From Octopus sinensis (lineage: Eukaryota): a stretch of DNA of 40,729 nt. The notes beneath the pieces are model-generated. The model was not told where the DNA came from, searched no databases, and saw nothing but the letters and a program-made list of their open reading frames with translations. Where the stretch lies: assembly GCF_006345805.1 (NCBI RefSeq), contig NW_021835330.1, forward strand, positions 1-40,729, written 5' to 3'. Made by a program: the position numbers and the translations under genes. Positions 10,836 to 22,719 of the stretch are shown piece by piece (the stretch's first letter is position 1; each line of letters starts with the position of its first letter).

Positions 10836-11250
10836 GTGCGTAGGCTGTGCACTTAAGAAGTTTGCTTCGCAATCACATGGTTACGAGTTCAATTCCCCTG
10901 CGTGGTACCTGAGGCCATCGTCTTCCACTATAGTTCTGGATCGACCAATGTCTTATGAATGAATTTGGGAGGCGGAAACTGTGTGGAAGCCAGTCTTATA
11001 TACATATAAACGCATGTGTGTATGTATCAGTGAGTACGCTTTGTGTATTTGTTTGTTACCCCTCCCCCACTAACTTGTTGATAACCGGTGTTGATTTCTA
11101 AAGGTGCCCATAACCTAGCGGTTCAGCAAAGAAATCGATAGAATTATCAGACTTCAAAAATAAGTTCTGAGGTCGAGTTGTGTGACCAGATCCTCCAAGG
11201 TGGTGTTCCAGCCTAGGCGCAGTACAGTAACGGCAACAAGTAAAAGATAA
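10836..11250 (+). mobile_element. SINE family B, degraded
   Basis: Same head, core and ACAAGTAAAAGA 3' end as the other B copies. Confidence 0.85.
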
Positions 11251-11309
11251 ATGATAAGAGAAATGTGTAAATAAGCATGACAGTTAAGTTTTGGGGGTCT
11301 CTTTTTTTA

Positions 11310-11880
11310 CACACTGGAAATTTTGCAAGCATTATGAAATATCAACCGCAAAAATATTATCTGGACATACATCAGAAAACGTCTCAAAGAATAACAAAGC
11401 GATAAAGCGATGTGCTGCCCCACACCGAGAGGGATATCAAGTTTAGTCAACTGGATCCTGTTGTCAACGACTATCAGGGAAAGTAGTGCCTCCTGGTTGA
11501 TGTATAATTCTCAGCAGATAAAAATGTATCTCTAAAAACATGAGGAATTCATCCAAATATAATGTTCTGGAAAAACAGATAACTGTATAGGAAATAGAAA
11601 CAATGCTTATAATATTAGGGGCTTTTTAATTGATTGAAAAAGATGCAGATCAATAAACAATCAAAACCCCCAAGGCTCCACAAATACACAAGATACAAAT
11701 ATTATTGTTGTTAGGCAAAATACTCGAATTACGTAGAATACTTTCAATGTAATAAGAAAACAATAGAAGAAAACAAAGCAATGTATGTATAAGTTCTACA
11801 TAGAGCTGCAACCGATAGTGCAGTGAATGTACGTAATAAAAATATGACAATTGAATAACGACAGCTACTACTTCTAACAC
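11310..11880 (+). pseudogene. R4/Dong-type LINE 3' end, old copy
   Basis: WKFCKHYEI...CLLVDV...IQILLLLGKILELRRILSM* plus a 3' UTR resembling 17520-17629. Confidence 0.7.
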
Positions 11881-11884
11881 AATT

Positions 11885-12735
11885 AAAGCAATTATGATTA
11901 TTTCTACTCTAGGCACAAGGCCTTGAAAATTTAGGGGGCGGGGGGGATGGGGATAGTCAATTACATCAACCCCAGTGCGTAACTGGTACTTATTTCATCG
12001 ACTCCGAAAGGCTGAAATGCAAAGTCGACCTCGGCAGAATTTGAACTCAGAACGTAGCAGCAGACTGCTAACGATTCTTATTTTTTTATTGCCCACAAGG
12101 GGATAAAGACAGAAGGGACAAACAAGGACAGACATAGGTATTAAGTCGATTACATCGACCCCAGTTTGTAACTGGTACTTAATTTATCGACCCCGAAAGG
12201 ATGAAAAACAAAATCGACCTCGGCGGAATTTGAACTCAGAACATAACAGCAGGCAAATACCCACAAGGGACTACACACAGAGAGGACAAACAAGGACAAA
12301 CAAGCGGATTAAATCGATTATATCGACCCCAGTGCGTAACTGGTACTTAATTTATCGACTCCGAAAGAATGAAAGGAAAAGTCGACCTCGGCGGAATTCG
12401 AACCCAGAACGTAACGGCAGACGAAATGCCGCTAAGCATTTCGCCCGACGTGCTAACGATTCTGCCGGCTCGCTGCCTTAACAATAGCAACAATAATAAT
12501 CTATTAAATAATCCTTTCTAACTTTCACACAAGGTCAGCAGTTTTAAAGGGATGTGGCGGGGGGGGTGATCGATTACATTGACCCTCTGTTCAACTGGTA
12601 CTTATTTTTAACAATTTAGATAGAATAAAAGGCAAAGTCGACCCCAGCGGTGTTTGAACCAGAATACAAAGCTAGAAGAAATGCCGCTAAGAATTTTCTT
12701 CGGGGTTCTAACGAATCTGACAATTTGCTGCCTTA
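11885..12735 (-). mobile_element. SINE family A trimer (11885-12478) plus an adjacent A2 copy (12500-12735)
   Basis: Four cores; junctions at 12256-12261 and 12073-12078. Confidence 0.88.
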
Positions 12736-12738
12736 TCA

Positions 12739-12769
<31 letters not shown>

Positions 12770-12999
12770 TGTAGTAATAATAATCTTTTAAAAGGATTGG
12801 CGTAACTCTTCACAAAGGTAAACAGACAAGACGAAGAGTGCGATGCGATTGCAATAGATATTTTATTGATTGAACGATATTTCCACAGCAAGTCTGTCAT
12901 TGTTGAGTTCAAAATAAAAAATGATAAAAATTCAAAATTATAGAAATTCAAATCTAAAATATAAACGAGAGCAACCAGCGTCTACACGTTGATGGAGGG

Positions 13000-15083
13000 A
13001 TATCATCAGTCTTTACGTTTCAATTTTATATTTGGCGAAAGGAAAAAGAAAGAAGAATATTTAATCAAACAGTTTTATGTAAATTTGATGAAATTCTCCT
13101 GTCATTTTAATTATTCCTCTAGGGTGTGATGTTAATAACCCGCAAACATATTTCTCCTCGTGCATTTTGAGCATTGAAAGTGTTGCAGATTCAGAATATT
13201 TTCTGAGAATATGCACGAAGGCTCGTCGGTCGTTGAGTCTGGTTTCAGTGATAGCCACTACATTTAAACCTAGTGATCTGAGATCATTGAGTTGGTGGCC
13301 CTGTTTTCAAGGCGACCCCAGGTCATTTGCATTTATACTGTCTTTTCTGAGCAAGGCTATATTTGTCAAAGAGGAGAATGAAAAGAATCGCTATTTCTGT
13401 GGAGAGATAGATGCTCTGTCCTCTTAGCTATTTGTGAATGTCTCCACAAGCATTTCTTTGTAGAGCCTTTTATCTATGGTCCCACTGAAATCTTGCATTG
13501 GGACATTTTTCTTTCAGTTTGTTGTAAGGTTGTAGCATTGCTCTTTTTTTTTTAAATATTTATGTGAATAGGGGTATTATGCGGTGGTGCGATGTATTCA
13601 TTGAGAGTAATGTCTGTGTATTTTCGAAAATGTTTTAAGTTCTTGTTGTTTGTGTCTATGGTTGTGTAACTAGTTATGTCTTCGGAGTGTTGTTCATATT
13701 GTTGGTCTGGATCGTTATGTACTTTCGTTTGTTGGGGTGTTTGTAATGCTGATGGTGTCTGGAGTTGGAGCTGTTTGTAATAGCGTTGGCGTGAGATGTG
13801 TGGGTGTGTGATGGTTTGTTTTTTTCTGTCTCCTTCTCTAATCTTTTTGTTTTTGGTCTTGCACCGCGCCTTTTAATTTGTAATTTATTCCTTTTCCCTT
13901 TCACTAGGATTCATTCTGATGAGTTTCCAAAACTCTTTACCTTGTTAGACGAGTTATTGCTGTCGGAAAAGTCTGTAGCAGTGGGGAGAGTTATGTATGC
14001 AGAGTGGCGCATTTCTATGCTACTGGTCTGGTCGACTGGTGTGGGTGAGGCTTCTCTCGGTTGCGACGGTGTAGGTGTTGTTATGGTTTTTCTCAGGCGT
14101 GGTACCAATACTTGCTGCTGATGTTATTTTGGTTTTGGATGCTGCTGCTCTTGGCACTGATGCTAGTGGTGTTGTTGTTTTTGCTATTGCTGTGTTATAG
14201 GTATCAACAGCACCGGGTACTTTTTCTCTTCTTTGCACGGTGCAGTATGTCTTTAAATGATTTATTTCGCCACAGATATGACATCTCGACTTTCTGTCAT
14301 CTACTGCTGCAAATAACTGTGTTCCATTTGGTGGGTTGATCAACTCTGGGATGACTTCGATACTTCTCTGATTGGCGTGTAACCACAATGCCATGCTCGT
14401 GCCTGACCAATTTGTCCTTCCCATTTTGAGGACTTGCAGAATTTCAATTTGTCCTCTATGCCGTAAAAGTAGCTGCTACCAGTAAAGTGATGTCCACTTC
14501 TGATGGCACCTCTGTTACCTTTATTTTGACTACTCTCCGAGGTATGTTGGAATTAACCATAATTCTTCACTTTTGATGGTTGCTGTGGCATTTTCTCTGG
14601 CTAATTCTTTAGCTGAGAATCTTACCTCCACTGTGCCAAGGCATCTCCCAAGGGCGACAGTTTTTAAACCCCAGATCGGTCACAGACATCTTTCTATCTG
14701 GACCTGCATCGCACGCTCGTTTCTTCAACTTTAATGATATACATTTATATATAATGGTTGTTTCTTTTCTTAATGTCTTTTTGAACTTCCTCCGGTGTGT
14801 TAAGGAAAACCGTTCTGCCATTCTTTGTTAAGTGCAGCTTAGCGTCGCTCAATATTTTTTGTGTCAACTCGAATTTTTCCATTTTCCAACAATCTTGTGC
14901 GAAATTGTTCCCGTTCTGTTTAGAAAAAAGAACGGCCGCTATTGTCGTTTTATTAGCGCTTGTGGTGGCGGTCGTAGTGGTGGTGGTGGTGTGATGTTGG
15001 GGACGATTGTTGAGGTCGTGCTGGCTGCTGCTTCTATTGTTGTTGTTGTCATCTATGCTTCGTTTGTCAACCATATCAACTAG
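13000..15083 (-). pseudogene. L1/Tx1-type LINE 5' part: ORF1 with CCHC knuckle and ORF2 endonuclease start
   Basis: CHICGEINHLKTYC (C-x2-C-x4-H-x4-C) in ORF 14020-14424; LNDLRSLGLNVVAITETRL at about 13240-13300; fragmented reading frames. Confidence 0.75.
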
Positions 15084-15349
15084 TGGTGGGAAAGCAATAT
15101 GATAGCAGCTATTTCACCACCCATCGCTTCCCTCGATATGGGAAGCCATATTGATATTTTTGCTTTAAAATATTAAATTTGCAATTTTAAATCTAAACAT
15201 TTGCACTAAAGGACACATCTTCATCACATCATCTCATTCCACTTGTAGCGAGCTGGCTTATTTATTCAACAAAACTTGGAATGCCAACTTATGAAACGGC
15301 AAATTGTAAAGAAAACTTACTAGCCACAAACAGGCGTCCTTTTGCTTCT

Positions 15350-15380
15350 GATACAAATAATAATAATAATAATAATAATA

Positions 15381-15426
<46 letters not shown>
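15350..15426. repeat. (AAT)n tract
   Basis: Directly visible; first of many AAT tracts up to about 20280. Confidence 0.95.
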
Positions 15427-15427
<1 letters not shown>

Positions 15428-16040
15428 TGGCTAAATTCGTCCACTGAGGCCTTGTGAAAAGTACGGCCTGAGCAGCACACGGAATTGGTACGAACCTGAA
15501 CCAGAAGGAGTCACCGAGAACAAGGAACATAAGATAATATGGGATTTTATAATCTAATGTGACTCCCTAATCAAGGCTCGAAGCCCGGATATTGTGGTAG
15601 ATAAGGGAAAAAAGGAAACCAAGATCATAGATGTTGCAACATCTGGAGATGAAAGCATTAGTAACAAAGAACTAAAAAAGGTTGAAAAGTACAGACTACT
15701 AAAAGATGAAATTGCAAGAATGGTCTATGAGGAGAGTGTCTGTCATTCCAGTAGTTACAGAGGCACTTCAAACACTAACAACCAAGTTGGAGAAATATGA
15801 CAGAGAAATTGGAATTGACATGAGAACAGAGCAAGCCTAAAAGACTGCTCTGCTGGGGACAGCTAGGATTTCGAGATTAGTACTTGGATGTTGAATGTCT
15901 GCCACCAAAATTAACAACCAAGTATCAAAGCTTATAATGTACGGAAAGAGACCCCTGACTGCAGGATGCTGTCCGCTCTCAGAGAATCTACCACGACAAA
16001 CAAGACCGAACGTTCTGAGAAGTAAAACTGAAAAAAAAAC
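15424..16040 (+). pseudogene. R4/Dong-type LINE 3' fragment (RLE domain)
   Basis: NWYEPEPEGVTENKEHKIIWDF...SPDIVVVDKGKKETKIIDVA (PD-(D/E)xK endonuclease)...KTALLGTARI. Confidence 0.85.
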
Positions 16041-16340
16041 AATCCCTTAAAATTTGAAATAGGAAGAATTTGGAGCATGAGAACAGTAAAGATCGTACCT
16101 GTAGTAATTGGTGTGTTGGGAACAGTAAGCAAAGATATAGACAAATGGCTGAAGGATATTGAAATAGAATGCCCGATAAAGCTCCTACAGAAAATTTGTC
16201 TCTTTGTGACAACAAGGATTATCAGGAGGGTTCTAAGCTCTTGAAAGACAGCTGAAAACTTGTGAAAACCTAAGGTTACAGGTAGAAATCTGCTACCACA
16301 TAAATCCTACCAGGAATAAGACCGAACTTGAGCCAAACCA
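16040..16340 (+). pseudogene. R4/Dong-type LINE 3' fragment
   Basis: LKFEIGRIWSMRTVKIVPVVIGVLGTVSK...IIRRVLSS*, ending in an AAT tail. Confidence 0.8.
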
Positions 16341-16445
16341 AAATAATAATAATCCTTTGTACTAGAGGCACAAGGCCTGAAATTTTCGTGAAGGGACTAG
16401 TCGACGACGTTGATCCCCAGTGCTCGACTGGTACTTATTTCATCA
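16340..16445 (-). mobile_element. SINE A2 3' fragment
   Basis: AATCCTTT...GGCACAAGGCCTGAAATT...ACTGGTACTTATTT. Confidence 0.7.
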
Positions 16446-16489
16446 AGGCAAAACCTAATAAAAAAGGTTCTATGAACGTAGACTTGTGT

Positions 16490-16942
16490 TAAGAAATGAC
16501 AATGCAAAAACGCTATGAAATTTAAGTATACAGGCAGACCGTCAGATAGCACATTATGAACCTGAGATTATTTTCCATGGCAAAAATGACAATGATGTAC
16601 TAATTATCGTCATAGCAATATCAAACGAATATAATATTTTGCAGAAGCGAGTCGAAAAGCTAAGGATTTTACACCGACCTAGCTGTTGAATTAAAAATAT
16701 TATAACAGTTACAGAAGATGTCTATTTGTAATTTGTACAACTGCAACAATAGTCAGCTACTTCGTAAAGACATCGACATATTACCTGTATTGTGCGATGG
16801 AGATACTATCCACTAAATAGCAGCAATATTGGCTCTGTAAATATTCTTCATTTGTCATTGTTAACCTTGAAATTGTTTTGCATGTTTTCTAAGATGTACC
16901 TAAGTTTTTTGCAGAAAGTAAAGCCTGGTGTATTTCTGACTA

Positions 16943-16945
<3 letters not shown>
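16490..16945 (+). pseudogene. R4/Dong-type LINE 3' fragment, old
   Basis: VLRNDNAK...QADRQIAHYEPEIIF...VLIIVIAISNEYNILQKRVEKL, ending at (AAT)n. Confidence 0.65.
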
Positions 16946-16994
<49 letters not shown>

Positions 16995-17004
16995 TAATAA
17001 TAAT

Positions 17005-17629
17005 ATTATCTCTGGCTGCCCAGTCCTGGTTAAGAAGGAATATATTCACAGACATGACAGAGTTGGAACCTACATACATTGGAAGCTAAGCCAACATTAT
17101 GGAATAACAACAGAAAAAAAATGGTATAGGCACACACCAGAAAAGGTCACAGAAAACGAGAAAGCAACCATACTCTGGGATATGCCGATACACACAGATA
17201 GAGAAATTAAGGCCAACAGACCAGATATAGTTGTCAGAGATCATGAAAAAAAAAATGCTTTCTAATTGATGTATCAATACCGACAGAGGACAACGTGTCT
17301 CTAAAAGAAATGGAGAAACTTTCAAAATACAAAGACCTGGAAATAGAGGTAACCAGAATGTGGAATCTAAAAACAAAACAATTCCTATGATAGTAGGTGC
17401 ATTAGGCATGATAAAAAATATTCAGACAATACATAACAAAACACCAGGACTTACAAACACATATAACATACAGAAAATTGCACTACTAGGCACTGCACAC
17501 ATCCTACGCAGAACACTTTCCATACAATAACCATCAGAGCATCACAACCAATCACAGCACATACCCAAGGCACACAGAGCTGCGCTCGGTAGTGAAGTGA
17601 AAGCACGCTATAAAAAATAAAACTACTGA
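17005..17629 (+). pseudogene. R4/Dong-type LINE 3' end, young subfamily
   Basis: ISGCPVLVKKEYIHRHDRVGTYIHW...NRPDIVVRD...LIDVSIP...IQKIALLGTAHILRRTLS, then 3' UTR and (AAT)n. Confidence 0.92.
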
Positions 17630-17666
17630 ATAATAATAATAATAATAACAATAGTAATAGTAATAG

Positions 17667-17718
<52 letters not shown>

Positions 17719-17719
17719 G

Positions 17720-17752
<33 letters not shown>

Positions 17753-17770
17753 TTAATAGTAATAATAATA

Positions 17771-17999
17771 GTGCAAAAAATCGTATTAACTGGAACGGCT
17801 CATGTACTGAGAAGAGCACTATCGCTGTGAAAATAACATCCATCCATGAATTTATTTATTTATTAATTTTTAAATACATATTTTATCTGTGAATTTGCGC
17901 GTGTAAACTGGGAATGCATACAATGCCCTTCTCTGTCCTAGGTGTATGGAAAACACTCGGCGAGAAACGGAAGAAAATTTGAAGAAAGAAGGAAAAAAC

Positions 18000-18000
<1 letters not shown>
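17771..18000 (+). pseudogene. R4/Dong-type LINE 3' tip, second subfamily
   Basis: VQKIVLTGTAHVLRRALSL*; the 3' UTR matches 20090-20243. Confidence 0.85.
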
Positions 18001-18059
<59 letters not shown>

Positions 18060-18240
18060 TAAGGCTGATTTCAAATTTTGGCTCAAGACTAGCAATTTTG
18101 GTGAGACAATAAGTCGATTACATCGCCCACAGTGCTCAATATGTCCTTAATTTAGCGAACCCGAAAAGATGAAAGACAAAGTTGGTCTCGAAGGAATTTG
18201 CACGGCGTCCAAACGATTCTGCCAGTTCATCGTCTTAACA
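18060..18240 (-). mobile_element. SINE A2, degraded
   Basis: GTCGATTACATCG...GAAAAGATGAAAGACAAAG...AACGATTCTGCCAG. Confidence 0.75.
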
Positions 18241-18408
18241 AGAACAATAACAACAACAACAACAATAACAACAACAACAACAACAACAATAATAATAATA
18301 ACAACAATAATAATAATAATAATAACAACAACAACAACAACAACAATAATAATAACAACAACAACAACAATAATAATAATAACAACAACAACAACAGCAA
18401 TAGTAATA

Positions 18409-18470
<62 letters not shown>

Positions 18471-19310
18471 GAGACACCGGGGACGTTTAAGATGTAAGAA
18501 GGAAAATACAGAGCTCCGAAATCTATCCACAAACATCGAAAACAAGGACACCCTATGGAGCCAAAGATTTACTAACAAAGAATTGAACTATATCCGAGTA
18601 AGTAATACGAATTGAAATTTATTACTATTTTCGAAACGAAATGATGTATTTTGACTCGATATTATCTCCACCTCTAACACAACACATGTAAACATGCGTG
18701 GAACAACACGATCATCCCCGACCTCAAACACCATGTACAAAGGAACTACGAAGAAATTAAATGCCACCGATACTATTCAACCCAAGAATAACAATCGAGC
18801 GGTACGTACATTAAACCTACAACAAAAAATGTACGAAAAACTACACGTGCGAAATAATGTGACAACAGAAATAAACGGACCGGTACCCTACGAAAATGAC
18901 GACCGTCAAAATAATGGGCCGGACGTTGTACCTCATGTCCCGCAATTAAAACCCAAAAGACGTAAATGGACACGTGAGGAATACATTTCTTCTACACGCA
19001 TACTTCACAGCAATGCTCTACCCACAAAATGAAAATACAACAACACATACATATAAAATATGGAAGGAAAATAATAGAGATATTGACTTGGATACAGCAA
19101 TGCAGACAAATACATAACAAAAACACCAGGACTTACAAACACATATAACATACAGAAAATTGCACTACTAGGCACTGCACACATCCTACGCAGAACACTT
19201 TCCATACAATAACCATCAGAGCATCACAACAAATCACAGCACATACCCAAGGCACACAGAGCTGCGCTCGGTAGTGAAGTGAAAGCACGCTATAAAAATA
19301 AAACTACTGA
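18471..19310 (+). mobile_element. Internally deleted R4/Dong-type element (5' end joined to 3' end)
   Basis: N-terminal KPKRRKWTREEY motif (about 18950-18985); from 19103 nearly identical to 17423-17629; (AAT)n on both sides. Confidence 0.75.
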
Positions 19311-19331
19311 ATAATAATAATAATAATAAAT

Positions 19332-19487
19332 GCCCTGATGCAGTACCAGGCAGTGGCTCTCATGGCTTCTGATTTTAACAGATTGGAAGTGTTAGCATGT
19401 ACATTGTTTTGTCTTGGTATAAAAGATGGGCTACAGAAAATATTCTGCTCAATACCACAGATATGCTTGTCAGTTGTTTGACCTTAA
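19332..19487 (+). mobile_element. Second partial copy of the AAT-associated element
   Basis: Overlaps 1880-1978 in reverse complement. Confidence 0.75.
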
Positions 19488-19507
19488 CAACAACAACAAC
19501 AATAGTA

Positions 19508-19569
<62 letters not shown>

Positions 19570-19580
19570 AAGAAGAAGAA

Positions 19581-19800
19581 ACGAATAGTCAAAAGGTAGG
19601 CGACAAAATAGACTTATACAACCGTCTTAAATACGAGGTAGCTCGACTGTGGAAAATGAAGATGAAGATGGGGAAGAAGGTATTGTTGGGTCAGAAGACA
19701 TCAAGAGGAATATAAAGGAAATCGGAATAGAGTGTCTGGTTGAACTGTTGAACTGTTTCTAGTACGGCCAGAAACATCGTGCAAATATTAGATAGTTGGA
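19581..19800 (+). pseudogene. R4/Dong-type LINE 3' fragment, old
   Basis: DKIDLYNRLKYEVARLWKMK. Confidence 0.65.
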
Positions 19801-19899
19801 AAAGAAAAAAAAAACAGATAGCATGGTACTTCAGGCTGCATGCGGCGAGCTTGCTAAGCAAGCAAGACTCCAGGAGTTCCAATATAACCCGAGTTATTG

Positions 19900-19939
<40 letters not shown>

Positions 19940-19959
19940 TAATAATAATAATAATAATA

Positions 19960-20242
19960 CTAGGAATGATCAAGAAGGGAACTGAAAATTATATGAGAAT
20001 GATCCCTGGCTTACCATCCCTGCAAGAAGTGCAAAAGATTGTCTTAACTGGTACATCACACGTATTGAGAAGAGCATTGTCGATGTGAGAACTATTACTA
20101 CCCATGTATTTAAAAAAAAAAAAAATAACGAACTACTGAGTTTGGTTTAATGGCCTACCAATGTATACTATGAGTTTCTTTGCCCTAGGAGTCGGGAAGA
20201 CACTCGGCAAGAAATGGAAGCAAATTTGAAAGAAGAAAAAAA

Positions 20243-20243
<1 letters not shown>
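19960..20243 (+). pseudogene. R4/Dong-type LINE 3' tip, second subfamily
   Basis: LGMIKKGTENYMRMIPGLPSLQEVQKIVLTGTSHVLRRALSM*, then UTR and (AAT)n. Confidence 0.88.
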
Positions 20244-20278
<35 letters not shown>

Positions 20279-20284
20279 GTTTTA

Positions 20285-20470
20285 TCTATTATAGGCACAC
20301 GGTCTGAAATTTGGGGCAAAGAGGTTATTCGATTACATCGTCCCAAGCACTCGAATGGATGAAAGGCAGAGCGGCATTTGAATTCAGAAGGTAAAACCGG
20401 AAGAAATGCTACAAAGCTTTTTAAGCTTTTTGTGCGGCGCAGTAACGATTCGGCCAGCTCACCACCTTAG
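20285..20470 (-). mobile_element. SINE A2, degraded
   Basis: ATAGGCACACGGTCTGAAATTT...GATGAAAGGCA...AACGATTCGGCCAGCTC. Confidence 0.75.
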
Positions 20471-20849
20471 CAATAATAATAATTTCTTTATTAACTAGGA
20501 AGGTTTGAAGAGATACAAAAAATACGAAACATTCACAGGAGATTAACAAGGAATGAAACGGTAACGTAGAACATGAAAACGCACGTATACAAATACAAAA
20601 GACGGAGATGAAGAGTCAAAGAGACTTTATTACAATATTCGGAAGAACATAGGAAGATCTTAAAGTACACATACACACACACACACAAACACACACACAT
20701 ATACATATGTATATGTAAACGCATACATATACACACAAGTACAGCCTTCTGCATGCATATACACATAGGTATACAACAGGCTCACGGAAGTAATTAGACA
20801 TGAACTGAACCCATATCTAACAAAATAAGAAAACCCACTCCTTCAAATC

Positions 20850-21320
20850 ATAAAACATCCGATATACTCCATCTAAAAATGAAGTACAATTGAAAATAGA
20901 GTTTGATATCTGAGAATGTCTACCAACAGAAATCGAAGTGACAGCCATTTCCGCCAAATCAATGAAGAAGAACTCAAAATACAATGAAGATAACCTTTGA
21001 AGGCAATTCTGCTTTAATATACAGAATTCCGACTTGGACCAAGTGAAGACATATCGGTGGCTTATGAAGCGCTAAACTCAAAGTAGTAGCGGTGAACTTG
21101 ATAATCGCTGCACAATATCAGAGTCTCGAAACCGGATCCTATTACACTCACATCATCAAAGATAGAAAAGATCCGCAGTGCAAGATCGATGAAAAATATG
21201 AAGAGAGCATCAACTACATTGTCTCTGGATGCTCTCAAAACTAGCAAAGACCGAATACATCCAGAGGTAAAACAATGCAGCTGTATACTTGTACGGGAAA
21301 TATGCAGAAATTAAGATTAA
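20850..21320 (+). pseudogene. R4/Dong-type LINE fragment (zinc-knuckle region)
   Basis: LIIAAQYQSL...HIIKDRKDPQCKI...EESINYIVSGC...KTEYIQR. Confidence 0.75.
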
Positions 21321-21449
21321 GACAACTGAGAAATGCAGTGATCATTCGCTCGATATGTCACAGACAACAACGATGTCACCATCAACTCTGACATCCCCGT
21401 CCAGTCAGAGAGATAAGAGCCAACAAGTATGGCGTCATTATGAAGGATA

Positions 21450-21770
21450 GGAAGGATCATCATCATCATTGTTCGACCGTGGTCGAGACAATGGAATTTA
21501 CTATGTTACGCCAGACTTCACAGTCCATCATAGCATTACGGAGGTCCTGTTGCTGGATGCCTGTATTCCTGGGGATTACATCAGGGTAGGAGAGTGTGCG
21601 CCCTCTGGTATCGCGAGCAGATGGCTTCCAGAGAAGAGTAGAAATTGCCTATTTTTCAGCTCTAAAACAATGTCCAGCAAACTGGACTCTTCTACCTTTC
21701 ACAAGAGATGATACAGATGGTAATTTCTCATATATTTGTACTTTGGTTGGATGACGCTTCCACGAGGAAG
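21450..21770 (-). mobile_element. RTE-type LINE 3' end with (GAT)n tail
   Basis: SWKRHPTKVQIYEKLPSVSSLVKGRRVQFAGHCFRAEK...RGRTLSYPDVI...STTVEQ* then GATGATGAT. Confidence 0.8.
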
Positions 21771-22719
21771 GATAGAAGTTCATAATCATCTTCATTGCAA
21801 TATTTTCACCAAGAAAAACCTCTGTGACCAACACGGTATTAGAGATCTAAATAGTCTGCTTGAATTTAACAAGCTTCACCTACACTCTTTATCTTTTCAT
21901 CATTTTTTCATACTCTCTTTTCGCCTGTAAACAATTTACATGTGCTTCGCTAATGGAGTCACCACTACCATTACAGTGGCGAACATCTCCTCTGCGATTT
22001 CTTAAGCAGACATTGAGCAAGTTGTGCAAGTACTTGAGATAGCCTTTTTAAAGTTATAAGCTGTGTAAAAAAAAAAAAAAAACTGAAAACAATCCTTCCT
22101 ACACTCCACATAAGGAAGAAGATCTTCAAAGAATTTGTAAAACTTCTGTTAACAAAACTAAAACGAAATGCATTTTATAAAACAATCTTCATAGATTTCC
22201 AACAAAGGATACAGACTCCGTTCGCTTCGACATACAAGGATAATAATAAGGGCAGATAATTTGTATACGTAGAGTCTGGAATATCATCTTACAAGCACGC
22301 TGTGATTGCGAGTGCTAGCCGCTGGAAGAATGTAAAAACCTTGTAAACATACTGAGACACTGCCAATAGTCTCGCATGTACATACAGGATTAATCGAAAA
22401 TTTTAGCGTGAATACTAAACAACAGCATCGGGTCATTAAGATCCTAACAAGATAGAATATGTATTTGTAATTTCAGCGGACGGAAAGTGTGAAGGTGGCA
22501 CAATTTTAATAGACGATCAACACAGTAACACCAAATTCTGATCTGCAGGGTTGAAGTAGTCAGGACACATTGAGGTGCTTGGTTACCTGAAGTTAAACAC
22601 ATTCTTCCCAACACGCTCAGGCCTTTAGAGACATTTGAGGGATGACTTAGGAGGCTGCTGATGGGGATAATCGCCAACGTTTGTCTATTAATATATCAGT
22701 ATGAAAATCTGTTTCTCTC

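Noticed and set aside
11885-12735. CRISPR-like regularly repeated blocks
   Set aside because: Units are ~180-230-bp SINE copies with no unique spacers and no cas genes; eukaryotic context.
18147-18578. Poly-Asn/Ile/Leu/Tyr ORFs
   Set aside because: Products of (AAT)n/(AAC)n tracts that lack stops in some frames.
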